The notes: generated by a model not told the origin, from the letters alone. A stretch of DNA of 64,000 nt from Nitrospirota bacterium (GCA_963710375.1 CAVPZX010000004.1:160001-224000), one strand, 5' to 3'. Positions 42,531 to 51,637 are shown, counted from the stretch's first letter. Program-made: numbers and translations.

Positions 42531-43884
42531 TTATTCAATATTCAGGTCTTTCAGAATGGTCCCGCTTTCATAGCAGAGATCGGCTACGGCAACACGGTAT
42601 TGGTTCTCCTGGACAACGAGATTAGTGCGTGCGCGATTCAGAGCCACCTGCGCATCCATGAGGTTGACAAGAGGTGAAAGGGAATTTTCGTAACGAATCT
42701 TCACCAGCCGACGTCCTTCTTCAGCGGTCTTTAACTCTGACTGAGATAGCTCCAGGTTCTTCTTTGCCTCGTCAATGCCAAGGTATGACTCATACACCTT
42801 AAACGACACCATATCGATGAGCCCTTTCAGGCGCTCCTCTGTCTCAGCGGTCCTGTATCGGGCCTGTGCCAGTTCGTGCTCACGCTTAGTGCCGTCGAAG
42901 ATTTCCCACCTGAGGAACGCCGTAACTGTCCAGCTGCTGCCTTCGGACCCGAGAGGGTAGCGTTGGTCATTCAATTGATAAGAACCGCCCACGCCCACAG
43001 TAGGCCAAAAGGCCGCCTCTGAAAGTGCAATGCCGTTTTTCGCGTTCTCATGCATCGCTTCCATAGATTTGATATCTTTCCTTGAGAGCGCTGCATTTTT
43101 GTAGTATTCCATATCCCTGACAGGGATTTCCGGATACACTCCAGCAACATCGACATTATCCTGCACGCCCAGCAGGAGAGAAATATATCTCTTGTCGATG
43201 GCGAGTTTTTTCCGCATGCTGATCAGCTGGCTGCTCAGCTGCAGTGACTGCAGTTGACGCCCTGAGCGTATCGGAGAAAAGGCCAAGGCCGTCCTTAAAA
43301 CGCAATTCTGCTATGCGGAAGTGCTCTCTGGCATCTTCAAGAGTTTTTTCAGCCATTGTGACCTGCTGCCCGGCCATCACCAAGCTGAGATATGCCTGCG
43401 TAACTTTAAAGGCGACCTCCTCTCTTTTCCTCATGTATTCCTCGTTTTTTGCAGTATGCTCCAACCTTGCAATTTTGATCCCGACGTACGCCTTTTTTGA
43501 AAAGAGCGGCTGTTCGAAAGAAAGCGACGTCTGGAAATCGTTGATCGCACTTGGGTTGTTTAATGAATTAATGGCGAAATCAGATTGAGAAAACCGTTCC
43601 TGATTGAGTTTTGCCATAAAAGCATAGGTTGGATTGGTAGTGTCCATAAAGCGCTCTTCAAAATTAAGCTTGGGTAAAAGAAAACTCCGTGCAATACCGA
43701 TGTCTTCGTTGGAGACGGCAAGAGTGTTTTTAAATGCCCGTATCTCGTAGTTGTTTTCAAGGGCGCTTCTGACAGCATCGGTAAGAGAAAGCATGGCTTC
43801 CGCATCGCCGGCCGTAGCTGAAGCCGCATTGAGCAGCAGGAAGACTGTCAGAAGTATACAGAAGTTATAAATTACACTTTTAAT
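42531..43884 (-). CDS. TolC-family outer membrane factor; apparent ATT start; +1 frameshift near 43229
   Basis: AAGGAGG then ATT-started signal peptide in frame with LSLTDAVRSALENN; C-terminal half in ORF 42531-43286. Confidence 0.88.
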
Positions 43885-43896
43885 TGTCTGGCCTCC

Positions 43897-44313
43897 TTAC
43901 CGAGCCGGGCCTGATGATTTCCGCTTTTTATAGCGCATGAAGGCCTTCAGTGTCTCCATATCGCACCTGCCCGTCTGCTTCTGAAATTCAGTGCAGTCCC
44001 GAAGCGAGCGGAGATCTTTTATCAAAGTTGTATCATCTTTAAGAAGCTCGCACAATACGGCAAGGAGTTGCCGGTGTTTTCCCGGCAGCACTCTTCTCAT
44101 GCTGTAGAACATGAGCTTCCCTTCTCTCCTGTCTTTGAGAAAGCCGGCTTTCAGCAGCAGTGAAAGATTTCGTGATACAAGGGGCTGAGACATGTTAAGA
44201 ACGCCCATTATCTGGCATACGCAAAGTTCCTTTTTAGTAAGCAGCATCAGTATTCTCAGACGCGATTCGTCTGAAAGGAGTTTGACAATTTCCAGCACTT
44301 CATGCATAAACAT
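43897..44313 (-). CDS. ArsR/SmtB-family regulator
   Basis: KLLSDESRLRIL, ELCVCQI, SQPLVSRNL, RREGKLMFY. Confidence 0.93.
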   Translation of the reverse strand: MFMHEVLEIVKLLSDESRLRILMLLTKKELCVCQIMGVLNMSQPLVSRNLSLLLKAGFLKDRREGKLMFYSMRRVLPGKHRQLLAVLCELLKDDTTLIKDLRSLRDCTEFQKQTGRCDMETLKAFMRYKKRKSSGPAR

Positions 44314-44389
44314 ATTTATATATGATTATATGAAAACTTGTCAAGCAAAAAAAAATAAAGCACTGGCGATAGGCGATGGGCAAGCGGCA

Positions 44390-44419
44390 TTGACAGGACC
44401 GGAATAATCGTTTTACACT
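44390..44419 (+). promoter_or_regulatory. sigma70 promoter, probably giving a leaderless mRNA for the 44425 ORF
   Basis: TTGACA (44390) -18 nt- TACACT (44414); GTG 5 nt downstream. Confidence 0.6.
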
Positions 44420-44424
44420 CTATT

Positions 44425-44724
44425 GTGAAAATGGTAGGAACCTTCATTCTGACCGTCTTTATCGTGACAGCATTTTCAATGCTGAAACCCTCCTTTCCTG
44501 CATCCCACAGCAGTAAATATGCTTCTTTCTTCACACTTGACTTCTGCAACAAGGTCTCTTCGCCTGTACTTTCTGCCCTTGATGTTTCTACTATATGTGA
44601 AAAAAAATGTGAACTATTGGAACCGGTATTTACCGGTCCGCATGCTGTTGCCAAGCCGACATTTTATTTATACCAGTGTGTCAGTCTGATGGATCATCCT
44701 CCCGATGCTGAGTTCTTCCTGTAA
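44425..44724 (+). CDS. Putative metal-responsive leader protein (CruR/DUF2946-like architecture)
   Basis: N-terminal hydrophobic helix, Cys residues (LDFC, ICEKKC), C-terminal DHPP, upstream of a Met/His-rich barrel gene. Confidence 0.6.
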   Translation: MKMVGTFILTVFIVTAFSMLKPSFPASHSSKYASFFTLDFCNKVSSPVLSALDVSTICEKKCELLEPVFTGPHAVAKPTFYLYQCVSLMDHPPDAEFFL

Positions 44725-44742
44725 TGCCTTAAACACTTGATT

Positions 44743-44831
44743 CACAGAGTAGAGAATGAGAGCACTGAGACACATCAGCATTACTGATGTGCTGCAAACT
44801 CATTTGTCTAAACTCTGCGTTCATCGTGGTT
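44743..44831. other. Long imperfect hairpin between the leader ORF and the barrel gene
   Basis: cagagt..aatgag..cacatcag-catta-ctgatgtg..ctcatt..actctg; shares gcactgagacaca with the 50228 repeat. Confidence 0.6.
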
Positions 44832-44932
44832 TAAACATTTTTACAGGAGCTACTTGTTTATATCAACGAAAGCCTCTCTGGTTTGCTATGGGTGAGCTTT
44901 GACAATGCGGTCTTTAAAAGGAGAATGTTCTT

Positions 44933-46408
44933 ATGAAGAATAATATTATGAAAAGATTCACAATGTTTCTGGTAATAGGTCTGCTGTTTACCTGCGCTTA
45001 CGCCGGCGCAGCATACGCAGGGGAGAATCCCAAGACTTGTCCGATATGCGCGATGGACTTGTCTGATGTCGCCAATAGCCGTATGACTGTCGTCTTTAGT
45101 GATGGGACCACTGTTGCGGTCTGCAGTCTGCACTGCGCAGTTTGGGAGATGAAACAAAACAAAGACAAGCAAGTTGAATCGATCATGGTCGCAGATTACG
45201 CAACAAAAAAGATGATAGATGCAAGAACTGCAACATGGGTTATCGGCGGTGATGAGATTGGTCTCATGAACGATGTGCCAAAATGGGCCTTTGCCAGTGG
45301 AGAGGATGCTCAGAATTTTGTGAAGGAACACGGCGGCAAAGTGGCTACCTACAACGAAGCGATGAAGGCTGCCGCCGATGAAGTGGCCTTGGAGGGAGGG
45401 CATATTATTCACCATCACCCCGGAGGCTCAATGGTGTTTAATCCGGCCTTTGGCGACGAGCTATACCATACTCACCCCGCCGGCATGTGGATGTTCACTT
45501 ACAAGACCATGTATATGAACATGGGCGGGCTGCGCGCCGGCACTAACAACGTCGATACACACAGTGTCGGTTATAGTAACAGTTCTATGAGCAGCGGTAT
45601 GGGTAGCGGTATGGGCAGCAGCAAGGCTTATAACTATATGATGATACCCACCTATATGGACATGTACATGCACATGTTTATGGCGATGTACGGGGTCACT
45701 GATAGCCTGACCCTGATGGGTATGGCTAACTATGAATATAATAATATGCAGATGGTGATGAATATGGGGCCGGGCATGCCTTACGTGTCCCAATCCCCTA
45801 TGCATACGGAAGGAGTCAGTGACACAGAGCTGCGCGGGCTGTACAAGATCAACAAATACCTGACCGGCAGTCTTGGTCTCAGCATTCCCACCGGCAGTAT
45901 CAAACAGACTGATGTGATGATGGGCAAAGAAGAACGGGCACCCTATGACATGCAACTTGGTTCCGGCACATGGGACCTCAAGCCTGTGCTGACATACAGC
46001 GCCCTCAGCGATAACTACAAATGGAACTGGGGTGCGCAGGCCATGTATACATATCATACAGGCACAAACAGTCAAGGCTATAGCCTCGGGGACGTCTTCA
46101 AGGTGACCAGTTGGCTGCAGCGCGTCTTCGGCCCTTCCACAACATGGTTGCGCCTTGCCTATAGCGATACGGGAAGGATCAGCGGCCAGGACTCCCAGAT
46201 CCAATTAAGCCAAATGTGGGCTCCGGCGCCTGATGGCGATCCCCGCAATTACGGGGGTCAGCGACTTGACGGTCTGATAGGAGTGAATATCGTGGCAGGC
46301 AGACTTACTTTTGGTGTCGAAGGCGGCATCCCACTCTATCAAAACCTGAACGGCCTACAATTGAAAACCCAATTTGTTATCAATACCGGTATTCAGGTAA
46401 TGTTTTAA
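44933..46408 (+). CDS. NosL-like metal-binding domain fused to a Met/His-rich outer-membrane beta-barrel
   Basis: Signal peptide, CPICAM/CSLHCA NosL-like domain, HIIHHHP linker, GLSIPTGS/YDMQLGSGTWD barrel motifs, terminal Phe. Confidence 0.8.
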   Translation: MKNNIMKRFTMFLVIGLLFTCAYAGAAYAGENPKTCPICAMDLSDVANSRMTVVFSDGTTVAVCSLHCAVWEMKQNKDKQVESIMVADYATKKMIDARTATWVIGGDEIGLMNDVPKWAFASGEDAQNFVKEHGGKVATYNEAMKAAADEVALEGGHIIHHHPGGSMVFNPAFGDELYHTHPAGMWMFTYKTMYMNMGGLRAGTNNVDTHSVGYSNSSMSSGMGSGMGSSKAYNYMMIPTYMDMYMHMFMAMYGVTDSLTLMGMANYEYNNMQMVMNMGPGMPYVSQSPMHTEGVSDTELRGLYKINKYLTGSLGLSIPTGSIKQTDVMMGKEERAPYDMQLGSGTWDLKPVLTYSALSDNYKWNWGAQAMYTYHTGTNSQGYSLGDVFKVTSWLQRVFGPSTTWLRLAYSDTGRISGQDSQIQLSQMWAPAPDGDPRNYGGQRLDGLIGVNIVAGRLTFGVEGGIPLYQNLNGLQLKTQFVINTGIQVMF

Positions 46409-46501
46409 GTTTACATCTGTTGCAGGATGTGATCGATTACAGTGACCGGCCACGAGGTTGCATGGTGAGAGAGACCTCGTGGCTTTCACTGTTCAGATCC
46501 C

Positions 46502-47503
46502 TTAATACCCTTCGAGCTTGAAGGGCGTGAAAACCATCTTGAACGTCACCATTGCGGTAAAGATCAGGAAGCACACAAGCGCAAATATAATAAGCCTTTT
46601 CTGTATAACCGGGATTATTTCCATCAGGCTGGCCACCTTCCTGAACGGCATCAGCACGCCCGTGCCCATGCCCGCAACGGTCCCCACGAAAAGACACAAA
46701 TACAGCGGATAACCGACGTAGTAGTATTCCTTGTGAAGTATATTGAACGGGCAGTGAAGGGACGGAAGCGCATAGTAATAGAGCGAGAAGAAGGATATTA
46801 TGGAGATTATGGCCATAACAAACGATATGCCGCAGAGGGAGGAAAATACGTAGCCTCCCCTGTCCTTGAGGTAAAAATATAATCCTGATGCAAGGGTCAA
46901 CGCCATTATCGTATAAAACGCGATCTTTCCGGGAATGCTGGGCACCGAGGCCAAATCCGAGGCAACGCCGGTTGAATTGCTGGTGAAGAGGGTGCTGCAG
47001 CACGAGGTAATGACGTCGGGCTTCAGCCCCAGGAAATATTTTGTCTGCAAAAAGGTCTCGGCAACTACTAACGGCGCTATAAAAATAAGCAACTTGTACT
47101 TGCTTTTGATAAGCGGATAGTCGTAGGCCCTGTTATCGGTATGGTTAAGTACGAGCCAGAGCCCGGCGGCTATGAAATTGAATACCTTTAGTATCAGCGT
47201 GGGATAGCCGTAGGAATTAACAGTCAGCGTACCCGAAGCGCACATGGCCCCGACAAAGAGGGGGTGGAGGAGGTCCGCAGTATAAACGTAAAGGAAGAGT
47301 GAAATGAGCTGGAAGCCGAAAACATAGGTGAGGATGGTGGAGATAAGGTAGGTCCTCCTTTCGAGGTCCAGTTGCAGTTCGCTGCCGCTCTTTATGTCCC
47401 ACTTCCTCAATATCAGTATGGCATAATAGGACGAGTAAAGAAGAAGCACGCTCATAAGGACTGAAGATAGAAAGAGGGCGATGATCGAGGGATGCAAGAT
47501 CAT
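46502..47503 (-). CDS. Polytopic membrane protein with Cys/His motifs
   Basis: Multiple TMs; HPLFVGAMC, ITSCC, LHCPF. Confidence 0.8.
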   Translation of the reverse strand: MILHPSIIALFLSSVLMSVLLLYSSYYAILILRKWDIKSGSELQLDLERRTYLISTILTYVFGFQLISLFLYVYTADLLHPLFVGAMCASGTLTVNSYGYPTLILKVFNFIAAGLWLVLNHTDNRAYDYPLIKSKYKLLIFIAPLVVAETFLQTKYFLGLKPDVITSCCSTLFTSNSTGVASDLASVPSIPGKIAFYTIMALTLASGLYFYLKDRGGYVFSSLCGISFVMAIISIISFFSLYYYALPSLHCPFNILHKEYYYVGYPLYLCLFVGTVAGMGTGVLMPFRKVASLMEIIPVIQKRLIIFALVCFLIFTAMVTFKMVFTPFKLEGY

Positions 47504-48228
47504 GGCTGTTGATGCCCCCTGCTTAGCCTTCCGTCCCTCATCTCCACTATCCGGTCTATGATGGTGGAATCGAAGACAATGGGGTCATGACTGGCAATGA
47601 TAACCGTTTTACCATCCCCCTTCAAACTTTCCAAGATCCCCATGAACTCACCGGATAGTTTGGTGTCCAGGTGAGCGGTAGGCTCATCGGCAATTATTAC
47701 TGCCGGGTCGTTTATAAGTGCCCTGGCTATGCCCACACGCTGCGCCTCCCCGCCGGATAGCCATTCCACCTTTGAAAACAGCTTGCCGGAGAGGTTTAAA
47801 TCGCTTAAAATCCTTGAGGCACGTTCCCTGAGCAGCTTAAAGTCCTCTCCAATCGGATAGGCCGGCAGCATGACATTTTCGAGGACTGTTATGCCCTTGA
47901 TGAGGTTAAACTGCTGGAATATGAAGCCGAAGGCCCGCCTCCTTATCCCGGTGAGGAACCTCTCAGGCAGGCTGGTAACTTCCGCAGCCGCACCTTCGAC
48001 GGCAAGAGTCACGCGCCGCGTCAGTGAACCCGTCAGTTGTATCCTTCCTGAAGTGGGCCTCGCCATACAACCTATAATGCTCAGCAAAGTGGTCTTGCCC
48101 GACCCGCTCGGCCCCTTGAGCACCGTTATCTTGTGAGAATCAATAGACAGTGTTATCCCGTTAACCGCAGTAAACTCGTTAGGCCTGCCGCTGTTAAAGA
48201 CCTTCCTTATGTCTGAAAGCTCTATCAC
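47500..48228 (-). CDS. ABC transporter ATP-binding protein (LolD/MacB-like)
   Basis: [28 protein letters not shown]. Confidence 0.95.
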   Translation of the reverse strand: MIELSDIRKVFNSGRPNEFTAVNGITLSIDSHKITVLKGPSGSGKTTLLSIIGCMARPTSGRIQLTGSLTRRVTLAVEGAAAEVTSLPERFLTGIRRRAFGFIFQQFNLIKGITVLENVMLPAYPIGEDFKLLRERASRILSDLNLSGKLFSKVEWLSGGEAQRVGIARALINDPAVIIADEPTAHLDTKLSGEFMGILESLKGDGKTVIIASHDPIVFDSTIIDRIVEMRDGRLSRGHQQP

Positions 48229-49352
48229 CTCATTACCGAATCCGGATCAACGGATGCGGCCCTCCATGACGGAACAATGGTCGCAACAGTGTAGGGCAGG
48301 ACCGACAGGAAAAAAAGGGTTATCACCTGTGTCTCGTCTATAAATGGGGTAAGCCTGAAGTTGGGGTAAAGAACGGACCATCCTTTAAGCACCGGCTCGA
48401 AAAGTGTTGAAGAGGTGAAGAACACATGGAAATAAGCCAGTATTATTCCGGCAAGGAAAGATGAAAGGGAAATGACCGTCCCCTCCCAGAATTTCATCAG
48501 TATCACATCGGATGTCTCCCAGCCGATGGCCTTCAGAATGCCTATCTCCCTCTTCTCCTCAGCGCTTAGGCCTGACGCCTTGTCCCATGCAAATATGATA
48601 AACGCCAGTCCCGCGCCCGCCATTATCACAAGCAGCAGGCCGCTTCGCCAGTTGAAGATAGAATTGTAGGTCCTCAGTATATCATCCCTGATTATAGGTC
48701 TTGTGTCAGGGTAAAGGTCCTTTATCTTTTGGGCAATGGTGGCAAACTCCCTGGAATTACGTACATGAAGAGTAATGTCGGTGAAGTACCCCTTCGAGAT
48801 TTCAAACACCCTTCTGAAGTCCTCTTCGGAAATCAGTATCAGGTCGGAGGATACTAACTCGGATTCAGACGACAGCGCACCCTTTATCCTCAGGACAACC
48901 GAGTCCCCATTGTAGCTTTTCAGCGAAAGGATGTCACCTTCGGATGCCCTCATGCTCCTGAGAATACCTTTGCCGACCTCGATTTGGCCCTTATCAGCGC
49001 CGCCTTCCGGCACTAATAGGGTAAAATTGGCCCGGGCTGCGGGTTCGAAGTAATACCCCCAAAGCCTTCCACTCGCAGATTGCACTCCTCTTATTTTTTT
49101 TATACCTTCAATATATCCCGCAGGCACCAACTCTTGCCTGCCGGCTACCAACCGTTGAACAGTAATGTCAGGAGAGTCCCGCAGTATTAAGGATGCCTCC
49201 TTCTTTATTGCTTCGGCAAAAAACATGACGGACGCCATCACGAAGACAACCAGCGTATATACAATCATCAGGGCTATGTTCTTGGTTTTTCTCCTCAGTA
49301 GTGAGGAGAGTGTGAAGTCGATGATGTTCCGCTGCCTTTCGAGCCATCTCAT
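48225..49352 (-). CDS. ABC transporter permease (FtsX/LolE-like)
   Basis: KREIGILKAIGW, PSWRAASVDP. Confidence 0.92.
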   Translation of the reverse strand: MRWLERQRNIIDFTLSSLLRRKTKNIALMIVYTLVVFVMASVMFFAEAIKKEASLILRDSPDITVQRLVAGRQELVPAGYIEGIKKIRGVQSASGRLWGYYFEPAARANFTLLVPEGGADKGQIEVGKGILRSMRASEGDILSLKSYNGDSVVLRIKGALSSESELVSSDLILISEEDFRRVFEISKGYFTDITLHVRNSREFATIAQKIKDLYPDTRPIIRDDILRTYNSIFNWRSGLLLVIMAGAGLAFIIFAWDKASGLSAEEKREIGILKAIGWETSDVILMKFWEGTVISLSSFLAGIILAYFHVFFTSSTLFEPVLKGWSVLYPNFRLTPFIDETQVITLFFLSVLPYTVATIVPSWRAASVDPDSVMR

Positions 49353-49371
49353 ATTCTATGCCCCTCCCACT

Positions 49372-49686
49372 TCATAAACGGTCTCCCTTCATTCTCAACT
49401 GGGCCGGCGGTTCCACAATGGAGCCCGATGGAAAGTGTTCAAGGGACATCGGGTGGTCCTCAAAAGGTGTATTAAAATCGGTTTGTGAAAGGTGCCTCGT
49501 ATACCTTGCCTCGGTAAAGAGACAAAGGTCCGTAAGCTGCAGCTTTTTCACCATTTCCGCTTTTAAGCCAAGCCCGGGAGCGGCAGCCTTTACGGCAAGA
49601 AGCGCATGGATGGACAATAAGAATGCCAACGCAAGGTTCACCGCAAGATAGATGAAGTATATACTAGATTTTCTCATTCGCTCCAT
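49372..49686 (-). CDS. Small membrane-anchored hypothetical protein
   Basis: One TM; DLCLFTEARYTRH..PFEDHP..EHFPSGS; operonic position. Confidence 0.7.
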   Translation of the reverse strand: MERMRKSSIYFIYLAVNLALAFLLSIHALLAVKAAAPGLGLKAEMVKKLQLTDLCLFTEARYTRHLSQTDFNTPFEDHPMSLEHFPSGSIVEPPAQLRMKGDRL

Positions 49687-49730
49687 GCCATGAAATAAAC
49701 TAATGTTCCAACTGACTGCCACATTAAGGG

Positions 49731-50204
49731 CTATTTAATCGCTTTCATGACCTCTTCAGTTACATCCCCGAATCTCAATATCTTTCCCTTGTGATCATAC
49801 TGGAATGCCGAAGCGTCTTCCTCTGAACGGAACGGTATCAGCTCCCTGCCCATCGGACCGGTGACATTGCTGCCAACGACGTAATATGCCTTGCGGCCGT
49901 CAATAATTTTAAGGTCGTAGTATTCATGCACATATATGGAATCAATGTCATTGATGCTTTTTGAAGGATTGTACTCCTTCATATTCAGGTAATACCTGAA
50001 CATGTCCTTGCAGCCATCGAAGACCGCATATGTGCCGTCCTTGAAAATTATCTCAGCGATGATATCAGGGTACCTTGCTACGAACATGCCGCAAACCGGG
50101 CATTTGTCATTTTTTGCAGGCGTAACCGGCTTTCTTTCAGCAGCAGCCGGAGAAGAAACCAAAACAACAAGACATATGATTGCAAGCATGCGCCTGAAAA
50201 ACAT
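49731..50204 (-). CDS. NosL-family copper chaperone-like protein (copy 1)
   Basis: KCPVCGMFV, FDGCKDM, YVVGSNVTGPMG.ELIPF. Confidence 0.88.
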   Translation of the reverse strand: MFFRRMLAIICLVVLVSSPAAAERKPVTPAKNDKCPVCGMFVARYPDIIAEIIFKDGTYAVFDGCKDMFRYYLNMKEYNPSKSINDIDSIYVHEYYDLKIIDGRKAYYVVGSNVTGPMGRELIPFRSEEDASAFQYDHKGKILRFGDVTEEVMKAIK

Positions 50205-50227
50205 GACATCTCTCCCTAACAAAAATT

Positions 50228-50330
50228 AACCACGGAGGCACTGAGACACAGAGTTATACATGAGCAAAAAGAAAAAACCCTTTTTTTTATCGGCTGTTAT
50301 CTTTCTCTGTGCCTCTGTGTCTCTGTGGTT
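50228..50330. repeat. Inverted octamer repeat, (CACAGAGR)n ... (CTCTGTGY)n
   Basis: aaccacggaggcactgagacacagag ... ctctgtgcctctgtgtctctgtggtt. Confidence 0.85.
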
Positions 50331-50395
50331 TCGCAGCTTTATCTTCTTTTTTCATTTTTCCAGCTGTTCCAGCACGATCTACTCAAAATGAAGGT

Positions 50396-50869
50396 CTATT
50401 CAAGTGTCTTCAAGACCGCTTCAGTTACATCCCTGAATCTCAATATCTTTCCCTTGTGGTCTTTTTTGAACGCAGAAGCGTCTGCCTCTTTAAGGAACGG
50501 TATCAGTTCCTTGCCCATCGGACCGTAGACATCGCTGCCCATGACATAATAAGCCTGGCGGCCGTCAATATAGGTAAGGCTGTAGTATTCATGCACATAT
50601 ATGGAATCAATATCCTTGATGTTTTTTGAAGGATTGTACTTCTTCATATTCAGGTAGTACCTGAACATGTCCTTGGGGCCATCGAAGGCCGCATATGTGC
50701 CGTCCTTGAAAATTATCTCCGAGAGCATCTCAGGGTAACCCGCTATGAACATGCCGCATACCGGGCATCTGTCATCTTCCGTAGGCGTAACCGGCTTCCT
50801 TTCGGCGGCTGCGGGAGACGCAGCTAAAACGACAAGACATATTATTGGAACCAGGCGTCTGAAAAACAT
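50396..50869 (-). CDS. NosL-family copper chaperone-like protein (copy 2, tandem paralog)
   Basis: RCPVCGMFI, FDGPKDM, GSDVYGPMGKELIPF; highly similar to copy 1. Confidence 0.88.
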   Translation of the reverse strand: MFFRRLVPIICLVVLAASPAAAERKPVTPTEDDRCPVCGMFIAGYPEMLSEIIFKDGTYAAFDGPKDMFRYYLNMKKYNPSKNIKDIDSIYVHEYYSLTYIDGRQAYYVMGSDVYGPMGKELIPFLKEADASAFKKDHKGKILRFRDVTEAVLKTLE

Positions 50870-50884
50870 AATGTCCCTCCTTTT

Positions 50885-51004
50885 AAAGAACGTGAACCGT
50901 GAAACGTGAATCGTGAATCGTAACAACCGTGAATCGTGAAAACAGGAAAATTTTTCTTAAAAATCTTTTACTTTTCGTTTCACGATTCACGATTCACGTT
51001 CTTT
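50885..51004. repeat. Inverted heptamer repeat, (CGTGAAN)n ... (TTCACGN)n
   Basis: cgtgaac cgtgaaa cgtgaat cgtgaat ... ttcacga ttcacga ttcacgt. Confidence 0.88.
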
Positions 51005-51548
51005 TCAGTTGTTCCCGCACGAACTCCTCAAATACCGTCTGGCCGGCTTCACCCAGTATCTTCTGCCTTATGATACCGTCCCCGTCAATTATAAAAGTTA
51101 TAGGCAACCCGGTAACGCCAAAGCGCTTTGTGACCACTGCGCCAGGGTCGAGGAGCACTGGATATGTGATTGTAATACCGTTTACGAACTTCACCACAGG
51201 GGCTTTTTCCTGTCCTATATTGATGGCAAGAATGACCAGCCCCTTGTCCTTGTATTTATCGTATACCTTTTCTATTACTGGCATCTCCTCGGCGCAGGAC
51301 TTGCACCAGTCGGCCCAAAAACGTATGGCGACTACTTTGCCCTTCAGGTCTTCGGGGAATCTCCATGTCTTTCCGTTAATATCCGATAGTGAAAAGGCCG
51401 GGGCAGTCTGGCCGGTACTCAGGATGACCTTTTGGTCGGAACAACCGCAAAACAAACCTACGAGCAGGACAAAAAAAACGGCAAGAAACAAAGTTTGCAA
51501 ATATCCCCTGAAACTTCCCCGAACCATCTCGCCTGTTTTTTTGAACAT
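50994..51548 (-). CDS. TlpA/ResA-family thiol-disulfide oxidoreductase (lipoprotein)
   Basis: APAFSLSD, FWADWCKSCAEEMP, LPITFIID. Confidence 0.93.
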   Translation of the reverse strand: MFKKTGEMVRGSFRGYLQTLFLAVFFVLLVGLFCGCSDQKVILSTGQTAPAFSLSDINGKTWRFPEDLKGKVVAIRFWADWCKSCAEEMPVIEKVYDKYKDKGLVILAINIGQEKAPVVKFVNGITITYPVLLDPGAVVTKRFGVTGLPITFIIDGDGIIRQKILGEAGQTVFEEFVREQLKRT

Positions 51549-51637
51549 ACTATCCCCTGCCGCTGTCGTTCATATTTTCCGTCCAGAAGGCCATAAAAAA
51601 CCCTTTATTATTATGACATAAACAATTGGCATTTATT

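Noticed and set aside
7464..43286. Programmed ribosomal frameshifting or true pseudogenisation as the cause of the split genes
   Set aside because: No slippery runs at the sites, and the shared AG^CT insertion context across unrelated genes (including an antitoxin beside an intact toxin) favours an artefact
50885..51004. Tandem repeats as a CRISPR array
   Set aside because: Units are 6-8 nt without unique spacers; no cas genes
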